In this document: piece by piece, positions 13,563 to 26,830 of the stretch
How the letters are laid out: the number at the start of each line of letters is the position of its first letter
How positions within the stretch are numbered: the stretch's first letter is position 1
Assembly (NCBI RefSeq): GCF_006345805.1
Contig: NC_042999.1
Span: forward strand, 41,540,001 to 41,604,000
DNA length: 64,000 nucleotides
Origin: Octopus sinensis
Lineage: Eukaryota
Direction: 5' to 3'
Position numbers and translations under genes: made by a program
Notes under the pieces: generated by a model
Database searches by the model: none
Seen by the model: only the letters and a program-made list of their open reading frames with translations
What the model was told of the DNA's origin: nothing

Positions 13563-13598
<36 letters not shown>

Positions 13599-14844
13599 AA
13601 ATATATACATGCATGCATGTTTGTTTGTGTATGTACGTATGCATAAATATCAATATATATGCACATACATATATGCATATATATATATATAATATATGCA
13701 TGTGTGTGTATACACACACATAATAATATATATATATATATTATATATATTATATATATAGTATATATATATTATATATATATATATGCATATATGCATA
13801 TACATATATATGTCTGTATATATGTATCTTCATCTATGCACACATAGACATACAGACATAAAAACATATATTAATATACATAGAGGCATCTGTGCCCACA
13901 CATCATGTTAGTGCTTTAAAGAAATTGTCTCCTGTGTTAGACTCTGTGTGTTTATGACTGTGTGTGTATATGTGTGCCTGCAGTAATTTAATCCTGTTCT
14001 ATTATTCTGTCGAGTCTTCAGAGGATTATTCTATTTCCATGACTACATCTAAAACTTAATATTGATTTTGTTTTCAAGGTTTCTACTTTTCCACAGGATG
14101 GGGCATTTTTTATCTTTCCGAAGGTGCGGAATTTGCGCAGAGTTTCTGTTGTTGGATGTAGTATTAGCATAAATGATAATTAACCTCCTAGATCTACTAT
14201 GATCGTTCAAACCCCATATATGGTTTGAGTGTGCTGTATCTTTCTATTGTTTTACATGCTTAAATAATCGTTCTTGAAATAGTCCTTATACTCCAAGATT
14301 AAATATTGAAAGAGTTTTTATCGTGTTCACTTAGATAGTAGCTTGGTTGATCAGTAACTTAGCTCTACGTAATTTGTCCAAAAAATATGGTTCCTTATGT
14401 CATATACAGCCAAATCATTTCTTCTTATATTAAGCGGTGTATTTTGATAACCGTCCACGGAAATGTTTTAGGGACTTGGGGCTTTCTACGGGGCTTACAA
14501 TATCTATATTACTGAGACATTCGTATTTGTTGTCTGGAAATATTTACCTGTAGACATAATTATCCCAAAGTAATTATTCGGCAAAATCACAACACAGCTA
14601 CAGTTGTTTCATTAAGAAGAAGTACCCTTACTGGCAATAGGTCTCCTTTGTTATCTGAGAGTCATCCACATGCATTTAATGGACCATTTGATGAAACTAA
14701 GAAGACATAAAACTATTTTCAAACAAATTTTTCGAAATAATCTGCAATTCTAGGATAACAGATATAATGAACACAATTCCTTATAAATAAGATAAACCCA
14801 ATGACATTGTTTGTGCGTCTCTATTTGTAATTGTGTACGTAAGT

Positions 14845-15060
14845 ATATAAAGTTAATTCAAACATGAAAACACAAAGAGAAAACACAACGACGCGAGGAC
14901 GTGGAACAAATATAGTATTATTGGACGCTCAGGAAGGAAGGGAAGAAGGAGGGTTTAACGTTTCGAGCGGAGCTCTTCGTCAGAAACATAGGAAAAGGAA
15001 AAATCCAGAAAATGGAAGACGGAGGAAAAAATCGCCAACGGTACACACGCGGTCACACAC
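14845..15060 (-). mobile_element. Family P1 hammerhead-bearing short element
   Basis: Close homolog at 34590-34790; flanked by TA/CA tracts; shares gtatta.t...cgctcaggaa with family P2. Confidence 0.7.
14953..14987 (-). ncRNA. Minimal hammerhead ribozyme motif (canonical core)
   Basis: Minus strand gttt CTGACGA a gagc-tcc-gctc GAAAC GTT aaac; palindromic AACGUU helix III. Confidence 0.8.
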
Positions 15061-15063
15061 ACT

Positions 15064-15095
<32 letters not shown>

Positions 15096-15401
15096 ATATA
15101 TGTGTATGTATGTATGTATGTATGTGTGTGTGTATTGATAGGTAGATAGATAGATAGATATATAGATTGATATTCATACATTCATATATTCATTTATTCA
15201 AACCGGTCAATGCGATTATATTTTCGTTTCCAGCAATGTGAGAGAGAAATACGGAATACAACAAAGTGATAAACATATCAAAATATCATAACTCAGAATA
15301 TATATATTTATGTATTTAGATATGTGTGTGTTTATGTGCGAATGCACGCGACGTGTGGGAGAGTGAGATAAAGACAGAGAAAAAGAAAAAGAGAAAGAGA
15401 A

Positions 15402-15436
<35 letters not shown>

Positions 15437-16255
15437 CTGTAACCAAAAATAATAATTTATCATAGGTGAGATATGTTAAATTTTATGTCATTCAAGACAT
15501 CAGCCATTTTCATCATGCAAGAAGACCATTTTTCATAGAGTTTTGTGTATTCTCCCTTTTGACGCCAGCTCATTTATCATTAATTCAAATATAACTTCTT
15601 TCTAAATATGATTATTTCCTTGCTCTTACCTATACTTTTGACAGTATGCCTCTTATTGTTGATGTAGCCGTCATTATTGTTTGAAATCATTATTTAAATT
15701 TCCCCGTGTCCTTCTAGCCTTTAACAGCTTTTATCGCTCCCCTCACGCACACGCTTTAGTAAGCATTTTTTCTTATCGTTGTAGAATTTCATCCAATTTA
15801 TATGGCTTTGTTGATTTTGGTATTCATTCGCCTTCTCTTTATTATACTTTTCTATTATTATCCGTAATCGTTTGTGCTGTTCCGACATTAACGCTCACTG
15901 CTGTTGATCATATCCACTTGTTTGTTATCTCTCTGCTGTCGTTGCTCCTGATGGTGATATTTAACATTGAGGTGAGACCTGGTTCGGGAGACCTAAGCTC
16001 AAAAGCTTCCCAACTATCAATAATCCATCTATTTTTTCGTTTGTTTACTTTTCCTCTGACATATTGTGTATAGCAATACATTATCTAAAGTATTCTAGCT
16101 GTAATACCAGCACACACCAAGAGACCCCTTACCGACAGTCCTTGTCCAATGACATTAGAGAACAATAGATCAACAGCAGTCTGTTGAAAAACTCATACAG
16201 AAACCAGTGTAGAGTTACCGGTAAAAGTCCATTTGCAGTGTTAAAAAATTAATAT

Positions 16256-16750
16256 AAGCGCCGTTTTAAAGCCTAGCAAGGCTCATGGGTCCGGTTTCCC
16301 GGTTTCTATAGCGTATGTGTTCCCCAGCAGGACGGGACGACAGTGCATCGCAGCGTTACTCATTTTTGTCAGCTGAGTGGACTGGATCAACGTGAATTGA
16401 AGTGTTTTGCTCAAGAACACAACGCGTCGCCCGGTCCAGGAATCGAAACCACAATCTTACGATCATGTGCTGACACCCTAAACACTAAGCAACGCGTCTC
16501 TACATGCGCTCTTTTAAAGCCTAGCCAGGCTCAAGGGATCGGTTCACGGTTTCTATGGCGTATGTGTTCCCCAGCTGGACGGGACGCCAGTGCATGGCAG
16601 CTTTACTCATTTTTGCCAGCCGAGTGGACTGGAGCAACGTGAAATGAAGTGTTTTGCTCAAGAACACAACGCGTCACCTGGTCCAGATATCGAAACCACA
16701 ATCTTACGATCATGGTGCTGACACCCTTACCACTAAAACACGCGCCTCCA
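16256..16750 (-). mobile_element. SINE family C head-to-tail dimer with 14-bp target-site duplication
   Basis: Two copies (16256-16502 and 16503-16750); catttgcagtgtta at 16230-16243 and 16751-16764. Confidence 0.85.
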
Positions 16751-16982
16751 CATTTGCAGTGTTAGGTAGATAAAATAAATCTAACAGCAGCTACACACTG
16801 GGATATGAACATATTAAAACAAACTGTTGATACCACGAGGGACATTATTTTAAACTAACAAACCAGAAACATTAATTAAGGGTAGGTGACGCCCATGATG
16901 CAGCGAGGTGCCGGTTGGTCGCGATATATTTCATTAAGACCCAAAAGTAGATCCTGAAGCGTTGATGAAAGTTGATTCTTTT

Positions 16983-17243
16983 GCTCTTTTACTCTTTTAC
17001 TCGTTTCAGTCATTGGACTGTGGCCATGCTGGAGCACCGCCTTTTAGTCGAGCAAATTGACCCTCAGACTTATTCTTTGTAAACCCCAGTACTTATTCTA
17101 TCGGTCTCTTTTGCCGAACTGCTATGTTACGGGGACGTAAACACAACAGCATCGGTTGTCAAGCGATGTTGGGGGAGGGACAAACACAGACACACAAACA
17201 TATACACATACACATACATATATATACACATATATATATATAT

Positions 17244-17278
<35 letters not shown>

Positions 17279-17455
17279 CATATATATTTATACATATATA
17301 CGACGGGCTTCTTTCAGTTTCCGTAAACCAAATCCACTCACAAGGTCGGCCCGAGGCTATAGTAGAAGGCACTTGCCCAAGGTTTCACGCAGTGGGACTG
17401 AACCCGGAACCATATGGTTGCGAAGCAAGCTACTTACTACACAGCCACTCCTACG
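16983..17455 (-). mobile_element. SINE family A, full length
   Basis: Reverse complement of 972-1385 and 50759-51190. Confidence 0.9.
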
Positions 17456-18214
17456 ATTGTGAATTCCCATTACCAATTTCTTTCAAAAACCGATTTATGT
17501 GTGCCAAGCTTCTTAATTGACAATCAGATAGCTAAACCTCAGAAGCATTCGTCAGAGTGAACGTGAATTTCACTTTGAATGTCGTCATGGTTTCAAGTTT
17601 AAACTATAAAATACATTTCCTCTTTAGACAGTCAAGGCGCGTGGACGTTTGGATTTTCATCATGAATTTGTCACTTGAATTCCTGGACAGAGCAGAGCAT
17701 AATGTTCTTGAGCATGGCATTTCATTTGATGCGGCTCCCATTTAAGTTTCCTCAAAATGAATACTAGCAGGGTGCCGTTGGAGCTTTCTTACCCCCCAGC
17801 TATCAAAACCTTGATATGCTGCTAGATCGAGAGCGTGACTTCGTCTATACGCTACCGTAAAAAGCCACTAAAATAATGAGCATAAACGTGTTTCACGTTG
17901 CCAGGTCATAATCGGGTACAGGTGACGAGTGACTGTACTACACTTCAAAATAAGTCGACTGTTATATATGTTGCATGTTGATATATTTGGTTTGTGTTTT
18001 TTTTTTTAAAAATAAAGCAACAATCAGTAAAACAAAATACATTTGTTTCGTCCAGAGACATGTCAGGTAGTAATAAAGAATAGCCTTATTATGTAGAGAT
18101 ACATAGAGAGAAATATATAGAAATATATATAAGGGCTGAGAGATAACCCGACCGATACAAGCTTTTCTTTATCGTGGATGAGACGATAATGAAGCAGGGT
18201 TAGTAGTAATGGTC

Positions 18215-18542
18215 ATAAGGGGGAGGAGGAGGAGGAGGAGAGGGACGAGGAAGGTGAAGAAGATGATAATGATGATGACTGTGGTCGTGATAAATCATGT
18301 GACAGTGAAATGAAAAAAATTAATATGGAGATTATTATGAGGATGGCAATGACTATGATGATGATGATTATGATGATGATGCTGTGGAGAATCAACATGG
18401 TAATGATGGTACATAAGGCATAGATGGCGATGTTAGATGGTGAAGGTGGAGAGAAGCTTGCGTGGTTGCGATGAATATGCCGAAGTTGGCGTAGATAATG
18501 ATGATGAATGACGATAGCGATGATGACAAAGACGATGACGAC

Positions 18543-18573
<31 letters not shown>

Positions 18574-18720
18574 CCACTGATAATAGTAATGGCTTTGGTG
18601 GCGGTGTTTTGACTGATTGTAGTAATGGGGAGGTCTTCGCCGTGGTCGTCATCGTATTATAGTTGGCTTTGATGTGTAGATGTATTGGTGATGGTTTTAA
18701 TGTTTTGATGGCACCAAGTT
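18215..18720. repeat. Degenerate (GAT)n/(GAG)n trinucleotide low-complexity region
   Basis: Directly visible. Confidence 0.85.
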
Positions 18721-18875
18721 GATAGTGGGTGATAGGAGCAATAAAATGGCCGTTTATCTTTAAAGCATCTCAGTACATACACACACACACACGTATATAT
18801 ATATGTGTATAAATGAATACATATGTGTATGTATGTCTATGTATTATATGTATTATATATTTCGTAAACCTTCTG

Positions 18876-18908
<33 letters not shown>

Positions 18909-19597
18909 AATATATGTGTGTATTATGTATTGTACGTATATATATATTTATATATGCATCTAGGTATGCATGTGTGTATGTATATATGAAATGTAGGTAT
19001 GTGTCAGCGTAGATGTGTATGAAAACAATGTCACACATACAAATAAACATTTTATATGAAATATATATGCATACACAGAGATGAGCTCAAACATCCATAT
19101 ATACATTCCATTATATTTATGCACTGATAGAAGCAAACAATACATACATACATGCGTACATATAAGCATATATATATATAAACATAGATACGTGCGTATT
19201 GATACAAATGCACATGAAAATATACTTTCAAAGAAACACACGAATCGTAAGTACATACACCTTGTACATTCACAAAAAGTATTCTTGAATACATAGAGAC
19301 AAGCCCTTTCATACCTGAATACATGCGTTACATTTATACGTTCATAGACACCTATATGCATTAGTATATAGGTAGGCAACGCTCCCACGCATTAAATATT
19401 TATAGATGTATACATAAAGAAATACATATTCGTACAGCTATGACGCTAAAACTCTCACTGACGTTCACAAGGACAATTCCATGCACACATAATCGTGTAT
19501 ACATTTGAGCGTATACATACATACATACAGCAGAGGCGAGGTGTACATGCACACATGCATGTATTAAGATATAATTTCATAAAGTAAATTAATATAT

Positions 19598-19812
19598 GTG
19601 GAGGTACGTGGCTTAATGGTTAGGGTGTTAGCATCATGATCGTAAGATTGTCATTTCGATTCCTGGACCGAGCAACGCGTTGTATTCTTGAGCAAAACGC
19701 TTCATTTCCCGTTGCTCCAGTTCACTCAGCTGGCAAAAATGAGTAACGCTGCGACGCCATAGATACCGGGAAACCGGGCCCGTGAGCCTGGCTAGGCTTT
19801 AAAAAGTGCAGA
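19598..19812 (+). mobile_element. SINE family C with 12-bp TSD
   Basis: gtggaggtacgtggcttaatggttagg head; aaattaatatat at 19586-19597 and 19817-19828. Confidence 0.85.
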
Positions 19813-20333
19813 AAGAAAATTAATATATACAAACATACATAAACCTATAAACACATAAATTTATACATAAAGGACTTCCAAAAAAAATGTATATACATAC
19901 GCATGCATGCATGCAAGAATACAAAGATATAAGTAAAAATGCAAACTACATATGCTCAGAAATCCATTAACACATGCACACCTATATGTACAACTACCTA
20001 CCTACGTATATATATATGCGTTGACATTAATAACATTTTGTAAATTAATATAAATTAATATAATGTACGCTTGACTCTGTATATCTGCATTTGGGTATTA
20101 ATATGTGTATATTTTCTACATTGTAATATCATAATATTAAGTTGAAAAACTGTAACATTGAATATGGAACATATGTATGTTTATTGATTAATATTATTTA
20201 TATTATTATGAATATGTATATGTATATGTTTGGGAGTATGGGTATATGCACTCATATGTATATGTATATGATTTATTATGGGTATGTACCCTCACTTATA
20301 TGAGTGTATATGTAATTTGGTTTGTATTTCATA

Positions 20334-20446
20334 ATCTCCGAAGAGGCCTTAGGATATTTTTGTAAATGTCTCATTTATAACTACATATTGACCTACCATA
20401 CATAGCTAATATAAGTAAAATGAGACATACTTAACAGCTGTAAGAT
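20334..20446 (+). ncRNA. Degenerate hammerhead motif (probably inactive)
   Basis: atct CCGAAGA ... internal hairpin atgtctcattt/aaatgagacat ... acagctgt A agat; GAAA is lost. Confidence 0.4.
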
Positions 20447-20871
20447 GTAGTTTATATTTATATTTATATTTATTTATATTTATATTCTCTTATACATATT
20501 GTAGTTATTGTATCATATTACTCCTTTATGTACACTCCTTTATGTACACTGTTTTGTTCTATATTATTATGTTTGACCTTAAAGTTTCTTAAGTAGTGGT
20601 TTAATAAAGTATGTGATTGGGTATTATCTGGTAGTTGATATTTCATGTGGATGTATTTCTCCATTTTCTTATTTTGTTTATGAATTTGTGGTAAAACATT
20701 TTACCTTTGCCCATATAATTCAGTAAATGAATTAATTGCATCGCAATTCTTAACATTTATGTATTAACTTTGTTGGGTACTTCACTAGCAGTATATTGGA
20801 TATATGTTATCCCATGGAGGGTTGCATTTACAACCCCTATCTCAATTTGTACATATATATATATATATATG

Positions 20872-21180
20872 TTTGTTTGTTTGTTTCTTCTCGAGCTCTG
20901 CCTGGCTCATAAGGGCCGGTTTCCTGGTTTCTTGGCGTATAGGTTTCCCACCTGGACGGGACGCCGGTCCGTCGCAGGTGAGCTGCAAGATGCAGGAGGA
21001 AATAGTGAGAGTAAGTTGTGGCGAAAGAGGCAGCAGAAGTTCGCCACTACCTTCTGCCGGAGCCGCGTGGAGCTTAGGTGTTTTCGCTATAAACACACCC
21101 ACATCGCCCAGTCTGAGATTCAAACCGCGATTCCTCGACCGCGAGTCCGCTGATAACCACTAGGCCATGTGCCTCCACAC
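20872..21180 (-). mobile_element. SINE family D, full length, (AAAC)n tail
   Basis: Minus-strand head gtggaggcacatggcctagtggtta...cgcggtttgaatctc; 3' module shared with family C; partial copy at 21996-22135. Confidence 0.8.
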
Positions 21181-21301
21181 CCACACACACACTATATATA
21201 TATATATATATATATATATCTATTATATATGCAATATATATATATATATAATATATGCATATATATATATATTGATATATGCATATATATATATATAGGT
21301 A

Positions 21302-21339
<38 letters not shown>

Positions 21340-21368
21340 TATAGGTATATATATATATATACACACAC

Positions 21369-21401
<33 letters not shown>

Positions 21402-21815
21402 ATATGTATATATACATATATATATGCATACATACAGGCATCAATTTCCTACGTATAAATAAAAAAAACAAAAACCCACATGTGCTTATATGCATGAAAG
21501 CATCCGCCAGGTATAAGCAAACGATCTCTCCATCGATCTATTACATCATCGTTATTTATCTATCGATCAACAAAGATATTCATCTGTCTAACTGCATATC
21601 TATTTCTAAATCTATCTACAAGGCTATCAATATGCCTATCAATCAATTCAGCTGGCTTGCTATAATTCAAAGCATTTCTTCCTCTCTGTCGATCTGTCTG
21701 TGTTTCTTTCTATCTATTTATATGTATATGTGTGTGTGCGTCTGTGTGTCTGTGTATATGTGTATACTTAAATATAAATATATGTATGTACGTAGGTATG
21801 GATAGATAGATAAAC

Positions 21816-21860
<45 letters not shown>

Positions 21861-21861
21861 A

Positions 21862-21896
<35 letters not shown>

Positions 21897-22152
21897 ACTA
21901 TCTATCTATCTATATCTATCTATCTATCTATCTATATATATATATTATATATATATATATAATATATATATATATATACACACACTCACACACAAGGAAA
22001 TAGTGAGAGAATTCTGTGGCGAAAGAGTCAGCAGGAGTTCCCCATTGTCTTCTGCAGCCGCCGCGTGGAGTTTAGGTATTTCGCTGATAAACACCTACAT
22101 CACTCTGTAAGGATTCGAACTCGCCGCAATCCTTGATATATATTATATATAT

Positions 22153-22209
<57 letters not shown>

Positions 22210-22330
22210 TATATATATATACATGTGGAGGCACATGACCTAGTTAGAGCGCTGGATTCACAAAATGTACATTCACAAAAAGTATTCTTGAATACATAGA
22301 GGCAGAATGTATATATATATATTTATATTG

Positions 22331-22668
22331 AGACCCCCTTCGGTCATGACTGACCATGGGCACTAGAAAGTTGCCCTCCGAGGCACAAGTCCGGGCAATG
22401 TTGTTTTTTTATGGAAGGCCAGCAGTCTCCCATGCATACCGGCCTCCTCTCTCCACGCCACCAGTGTTTTCCAAGGGAAGGCAAAGGCCGATACAGCGTG
22501 GCACCCGTGACGTCGCAACTCATTTCTACATCTACAGCTGTGTGAACTGGAGCAACGTGAAATAAAGTGTCTTGCTCAAGAACACAACACGCAGCCGGGT
22601 CCGGGATTCGAACTCACAACCTCACGATCATAAGCTCGACGCTTTAACCACTGAGCCATGCACCTTCA
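22331..22668 (-). mobile_element. SINE family C-related variant
   Basis: Minus-strand head gaaggtgcatggctcagtggttaaagcg...gagttcgaatccc; body gttgtgttcttgagcaagacactt. Confidence 0.8.
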
Positions 22669-22726
22669 CACACACACACACACATGTATATACAGACACA
22701 CATATATACGTGTGTGTGCGTGTGTG

Positions 22727-22814
<88 letters not shown>

Positions 22815-23859
22815 GTATATATGTATGTAAGTGTGTAAATATATATTTACCTAAAACTTTAAAGCAGAATCTCTTTAACGAAATATCAATAAATAAATAA
22901 ATACATTAACAAATAAAAACATCAGTCAGTCATTCTGACTAAATTTCTGTGGTGCTATATATATATGGCCAACAGAAGCAGTGAGTGATTCACGTGATCT
23001 TCTGTGCTGCTGTCTGGGTAGCTGGGACATGACGTTAGAGGTGTTAGTGGGGTGGGTGTTGATATCGTTGAGGTTATGAACGATGACGTAAGATCATATA
23101 AGAAGAGAGAGAAAAGTGGTGATGGTCATTATGATGATGATGGAATTAACAGTGCTGGTCATTTATTGCAGGTGGTGATTGTGGTGATGGTGGTGGAAGA
23201 ACTGTTGGAAATTGTGGTGGAGGCAGTTTGGACATGTATGGTACGCATGCGTTCTTATGAGGGACGTAAATGCGACGAAACATATGTAAACAAACGCATG
23301 CGTGTACACACACACACACTGTGTGACACAGTAATGCATGTATAAACAGAAATATTTGTGTGTGTAATAAAAAATACATTAGACACACACATACGCACAA
23401 ATACATACATGTATATAAATATATACACACAAATATATATATATATATATGAGAAAAAAAACACGTTTTATCAATTCAAAATGAACAATTAAATTACACC
23501 ATCTAGAAAATTACAAATTGATAAAAGGTGTTTTTTTCTAATTTTTATATATATATTATATTTTGTGAAATTTGATTTGATATTTCTAAATTGAATTTTT
23601 CCCTGTAAGTTAGGAATAATATTCCCTCATATATATATATATAGCTAGTAGTTGATAATTCGAATGGTATACACTTGGTTGTTTGCCGGTAAAGCACGTT
23701 ACTGGCTCAGTGTTTGATGGGTATGTAATTGATTAGAGAGACGGAAGAAGGAGTGTTGTTGCTGTGTCTCCTGTGCCGATTTCAAAGAGTATCTTGATAA
23801 AATATACTCTTGAAAAGATACATCTATACCGAGGGATACGACTAAGCCAGTGCAATATC

Positions 23860-23906
23860 CCACCCTTGAAGGATCGATGCTAGATGGGTCGAAACAACTG
23901 TAGTGG
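23860..23906 (+). ncRNA. Degenerate hammerhead motif followed by AATAAA
   Basis: ccac [ccttgaag] gatcgat-gctag-atgggtc GAAAC aact GTA gtgg tcaataaa; 5' core is mutated. Confidence 0.45.
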
Positions 23907-24565
23907 TCAATAAAGATTCTTGTGTATTCCTTATATCTGCATATATATTTATATATGTACGTGTGTGTATATGTGTGTGTGCATGCATATGCATCTGTGT
24001 GTGCATGTGTGTGTGTGTGTATGTATGTAGGTGGATAGGTAGTTGTGCATAATACATGTGCGTATCTATAAATGTATTTGTGTGCCCGTGTAACGTGCCT
24101 ATTTGGGGATCAATTTGGATTATTGCCACATTAATTTCGAGGCCTACGTATTTGGTGACCTAATTAGGAGACCTAAATTTAAACAAAAAAATGTAAATTT
24201 TTTGTTCTAAAATCTTTCGTTGTTTTGTGGTTTACAATTGGCGAGCGTAAGATAACAGTCATCTTCACATAGGCCTCCTAGGTCCCTTGTTATAGAGAGG
24301 ACGGCAACTTGTGAGATCACGAATTTCAGCCGAGCTGCTAACGCCCATTCTAACATCATAATGAATACTGGCCTGCTTCTTAATCTATTTTGAATTGTTT
24401 TGCTTCATGAAAGTTTAGCAAGGAAGTGGGAGGATTTGAATTTATTGAGTTGAGGTTCAGTGTTTCTGCAAAATCTAATGCGCTGTGGGGCCAAGTTTGG
24501 TAATGGAAGTGTAATTGCTATTGATAAACTCTCGTTATATGGCATGTAATTAACTGTAATTCTTA

Positions 24566-25330
24566 TACACTCAAATGTATTGCTCGCGTACAAACAGTGT
24601 GCTTTAATATAATGTTTATCGTGGTTTTGGACTTTGACTGTCATTGTTAGCATGTAAGAAATCCACACGGTGGTTTTCTCTCCGTGTATGTTTCATACAC
24701 TATTATATTTTAAAATATTCATGTTTTCTGACCTTTATTACGCATGCTAACCACCGGTATGAATTATTTCATAATCTTTACCTTTGTATTTATAATGATA
24801 AATATTTAAATTCTTAGACCGTGTAGTATATGATTGAATTTATTCACTGCTATAATACTCTGGTTTTGCACGTTGGTTTGAGGGCATTCGATTTGAATTC
24901 TTGATGTATAGAGATGGAACTGAATGCACATGTCTTTACTTTGTATTTTCGGTACACATTGTAGTCTCATATTTATACATTTTACAGCGACCTTACTGAC
25001 GAGCTACGGATGACTAATTGATCAATTAATTAAATTATTGCTTGATTTATTTGGTCATTAATCGTGAAAATCTTGAGTATAAGGTTAACTGAAATTTTTA
25101 TTCACTCAAATGTCTTGCTCGCGTACAAACAGCCTGCTTTAATATAAGAACGTCTTTTTCATGGTTTTGAGCTTTGACTGCCACTTTTAACATGTAAGAA
25201 ATCCACATGGTGGTTTTCTCTCTATGTATATTTCATACACTATTATATTTTAAAATATTATCTCTTCTGACTTTTACTACACATGATAATTACCAGCATA
25301 AATTATTTCATAATTATTACTCTTGTATTT
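24566..25330. repeat. ~225-bp diverged direct repeats (period ~540 bp) flanking a hammerhead
   Basis: cactcaaatgt.ttgctcgcgtacaaacag...catgtaagaaatccaca.ggtggttttctct...cttgtatttata at ~24566-24793 and ~25103-25333. Confidence 0.85.
24990..25085 (+). ncRNA. Type I hammerhead motif with long helix II, slightly degenerate
   Basis: acctta CTGACGA gctacggatgact...ggtcattaatcgt GAAA atcttga GTA taaggt; perfect 6-bp helix I. Confidence 0.65.
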
Positions 25331-25336
25331 ATAGAG

Positions 25337-25380
<44 letters not shown>

Positions 25381-26404
25381 TATATATGTGGGGGGTATGT
25401 CTGTTTGCTTGTGTATGCGTGAGAGTAATTGTGTGCACATATGTATGCTACATGCAAGTGTAAGCATTCCAAGTCACAGATATTTATAATTCTATTATCA
25501 AAAATAACAATATCCAACACTGAAAATAGACTGGCTATGAACGAAATCTATATAATTCATTAGGCACAAAAGTAGAATTATGGTGACAAAGAAATTATGA
25601 CGGTAACAGCACGCCATATTGTCTAAATATAACGATGTAATTGTATTTCAGTAATATACAGCTGATTTAAGTCAATTTGGTTTTATTGCTAGTATGAAAT
25701 CAAATATTGTGTTCGTGAACGAGGCATTATAATTGTTTTATTTATTTATTTTATTTTCATGAAATGTTCTCAGTTAAAGAAAAATCTGATTTCTCCTGAA
25801 ATACTTTTCGTTTGGGACTTGCGATATAATTTCTGAATTATTTTCTAAAACACGTAAGCTTTTGAACACACATAAACACAGGTGAGGAACATTGTAAAGT
25901 TTATCTCTGGAGTGTTAAGATGATATTCTCTGCCTATACTCTTTGTAAAACATAGTTTTGAACTATATATTTTCCGTTCGTTATTATACGTCTTTTACAA
26001 TTACATGTAAACCAATGGTAACTGAATTCATTGTTGAACACAAATTTCTATCATTCAAAGCATAACAATCTATCTGAGAAATTTCGGTAAATATATCTAA
26101 AATTACGATTTGGTTTCTAATTTACATCGATGTTCGAAATCTGGGTGATGTGTATTTTCGATCAACTCAGCGTATACATATTTTAACGTACTCAGTATAA
26201 TTAAAATTATGTTATGATAAATAGCAATGCACAGAATGGTCGACTGCAGGGAACAAGTAATCATTTACATAAGACTAGAAATTTTGAGTGGGAGAGCGAA
26301 TCGCAAAGCATTTTGACCGACTCGTTAAAGATTCGTACAGCTTGTCACCTTACAATAAAGAATAATATTAACACTATAAATAAAAAAAAATACAACAGTA
26401 TTTT

Positions 26405-26830
26405 GAATATTTCTATCTGCATAAGACACAGGTGCCCTCCCAACACAGATGCAGAGAAAAATACAGGCGCATGCAAAGAGATGCTAGAGCAAAATTTTAC
26501 GTATCACTATGTTGTGCCGCATTAAAAACGAACTGGAACATAAAACCGCGAAGGATCAGCGTGATTCTTAAGTCTTCCCCATAACAACGACAAAAAGAGA
26601 ACTTAGATGGCATGGCCACATGAGAAGACCAAAGGGTCTTACAATAACTATTCTACAAGGAATTGTGGATTAGTAAAAACGGGGCGATAGATAGAATGAA
26701 TAATGTTCTGAAAACATGACGAAATTGAAATGCAGAACAATAACTGAGATTGGAACTCTGGTAGACAGCTGAAATTTGGAGAAGTTTGTTGTAGAGTATC
26801 ACGACAATACCCCCACGTCACCACCAAGAT
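26405..26830 (+). pseudogene. RTE-clade LINE ORF2 C-terminal remnant
   Basis: Translates IFLSA*DT..QRKIQAHAKRC*SKILRI and TTKRELRWHGHMRRPKGLTITILQGIVD, matching the RTE C-terminal motifs (IQAxEMRCYRKILRI; KLRWxGHxxR..KTILQG). Confidence 0.75.
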
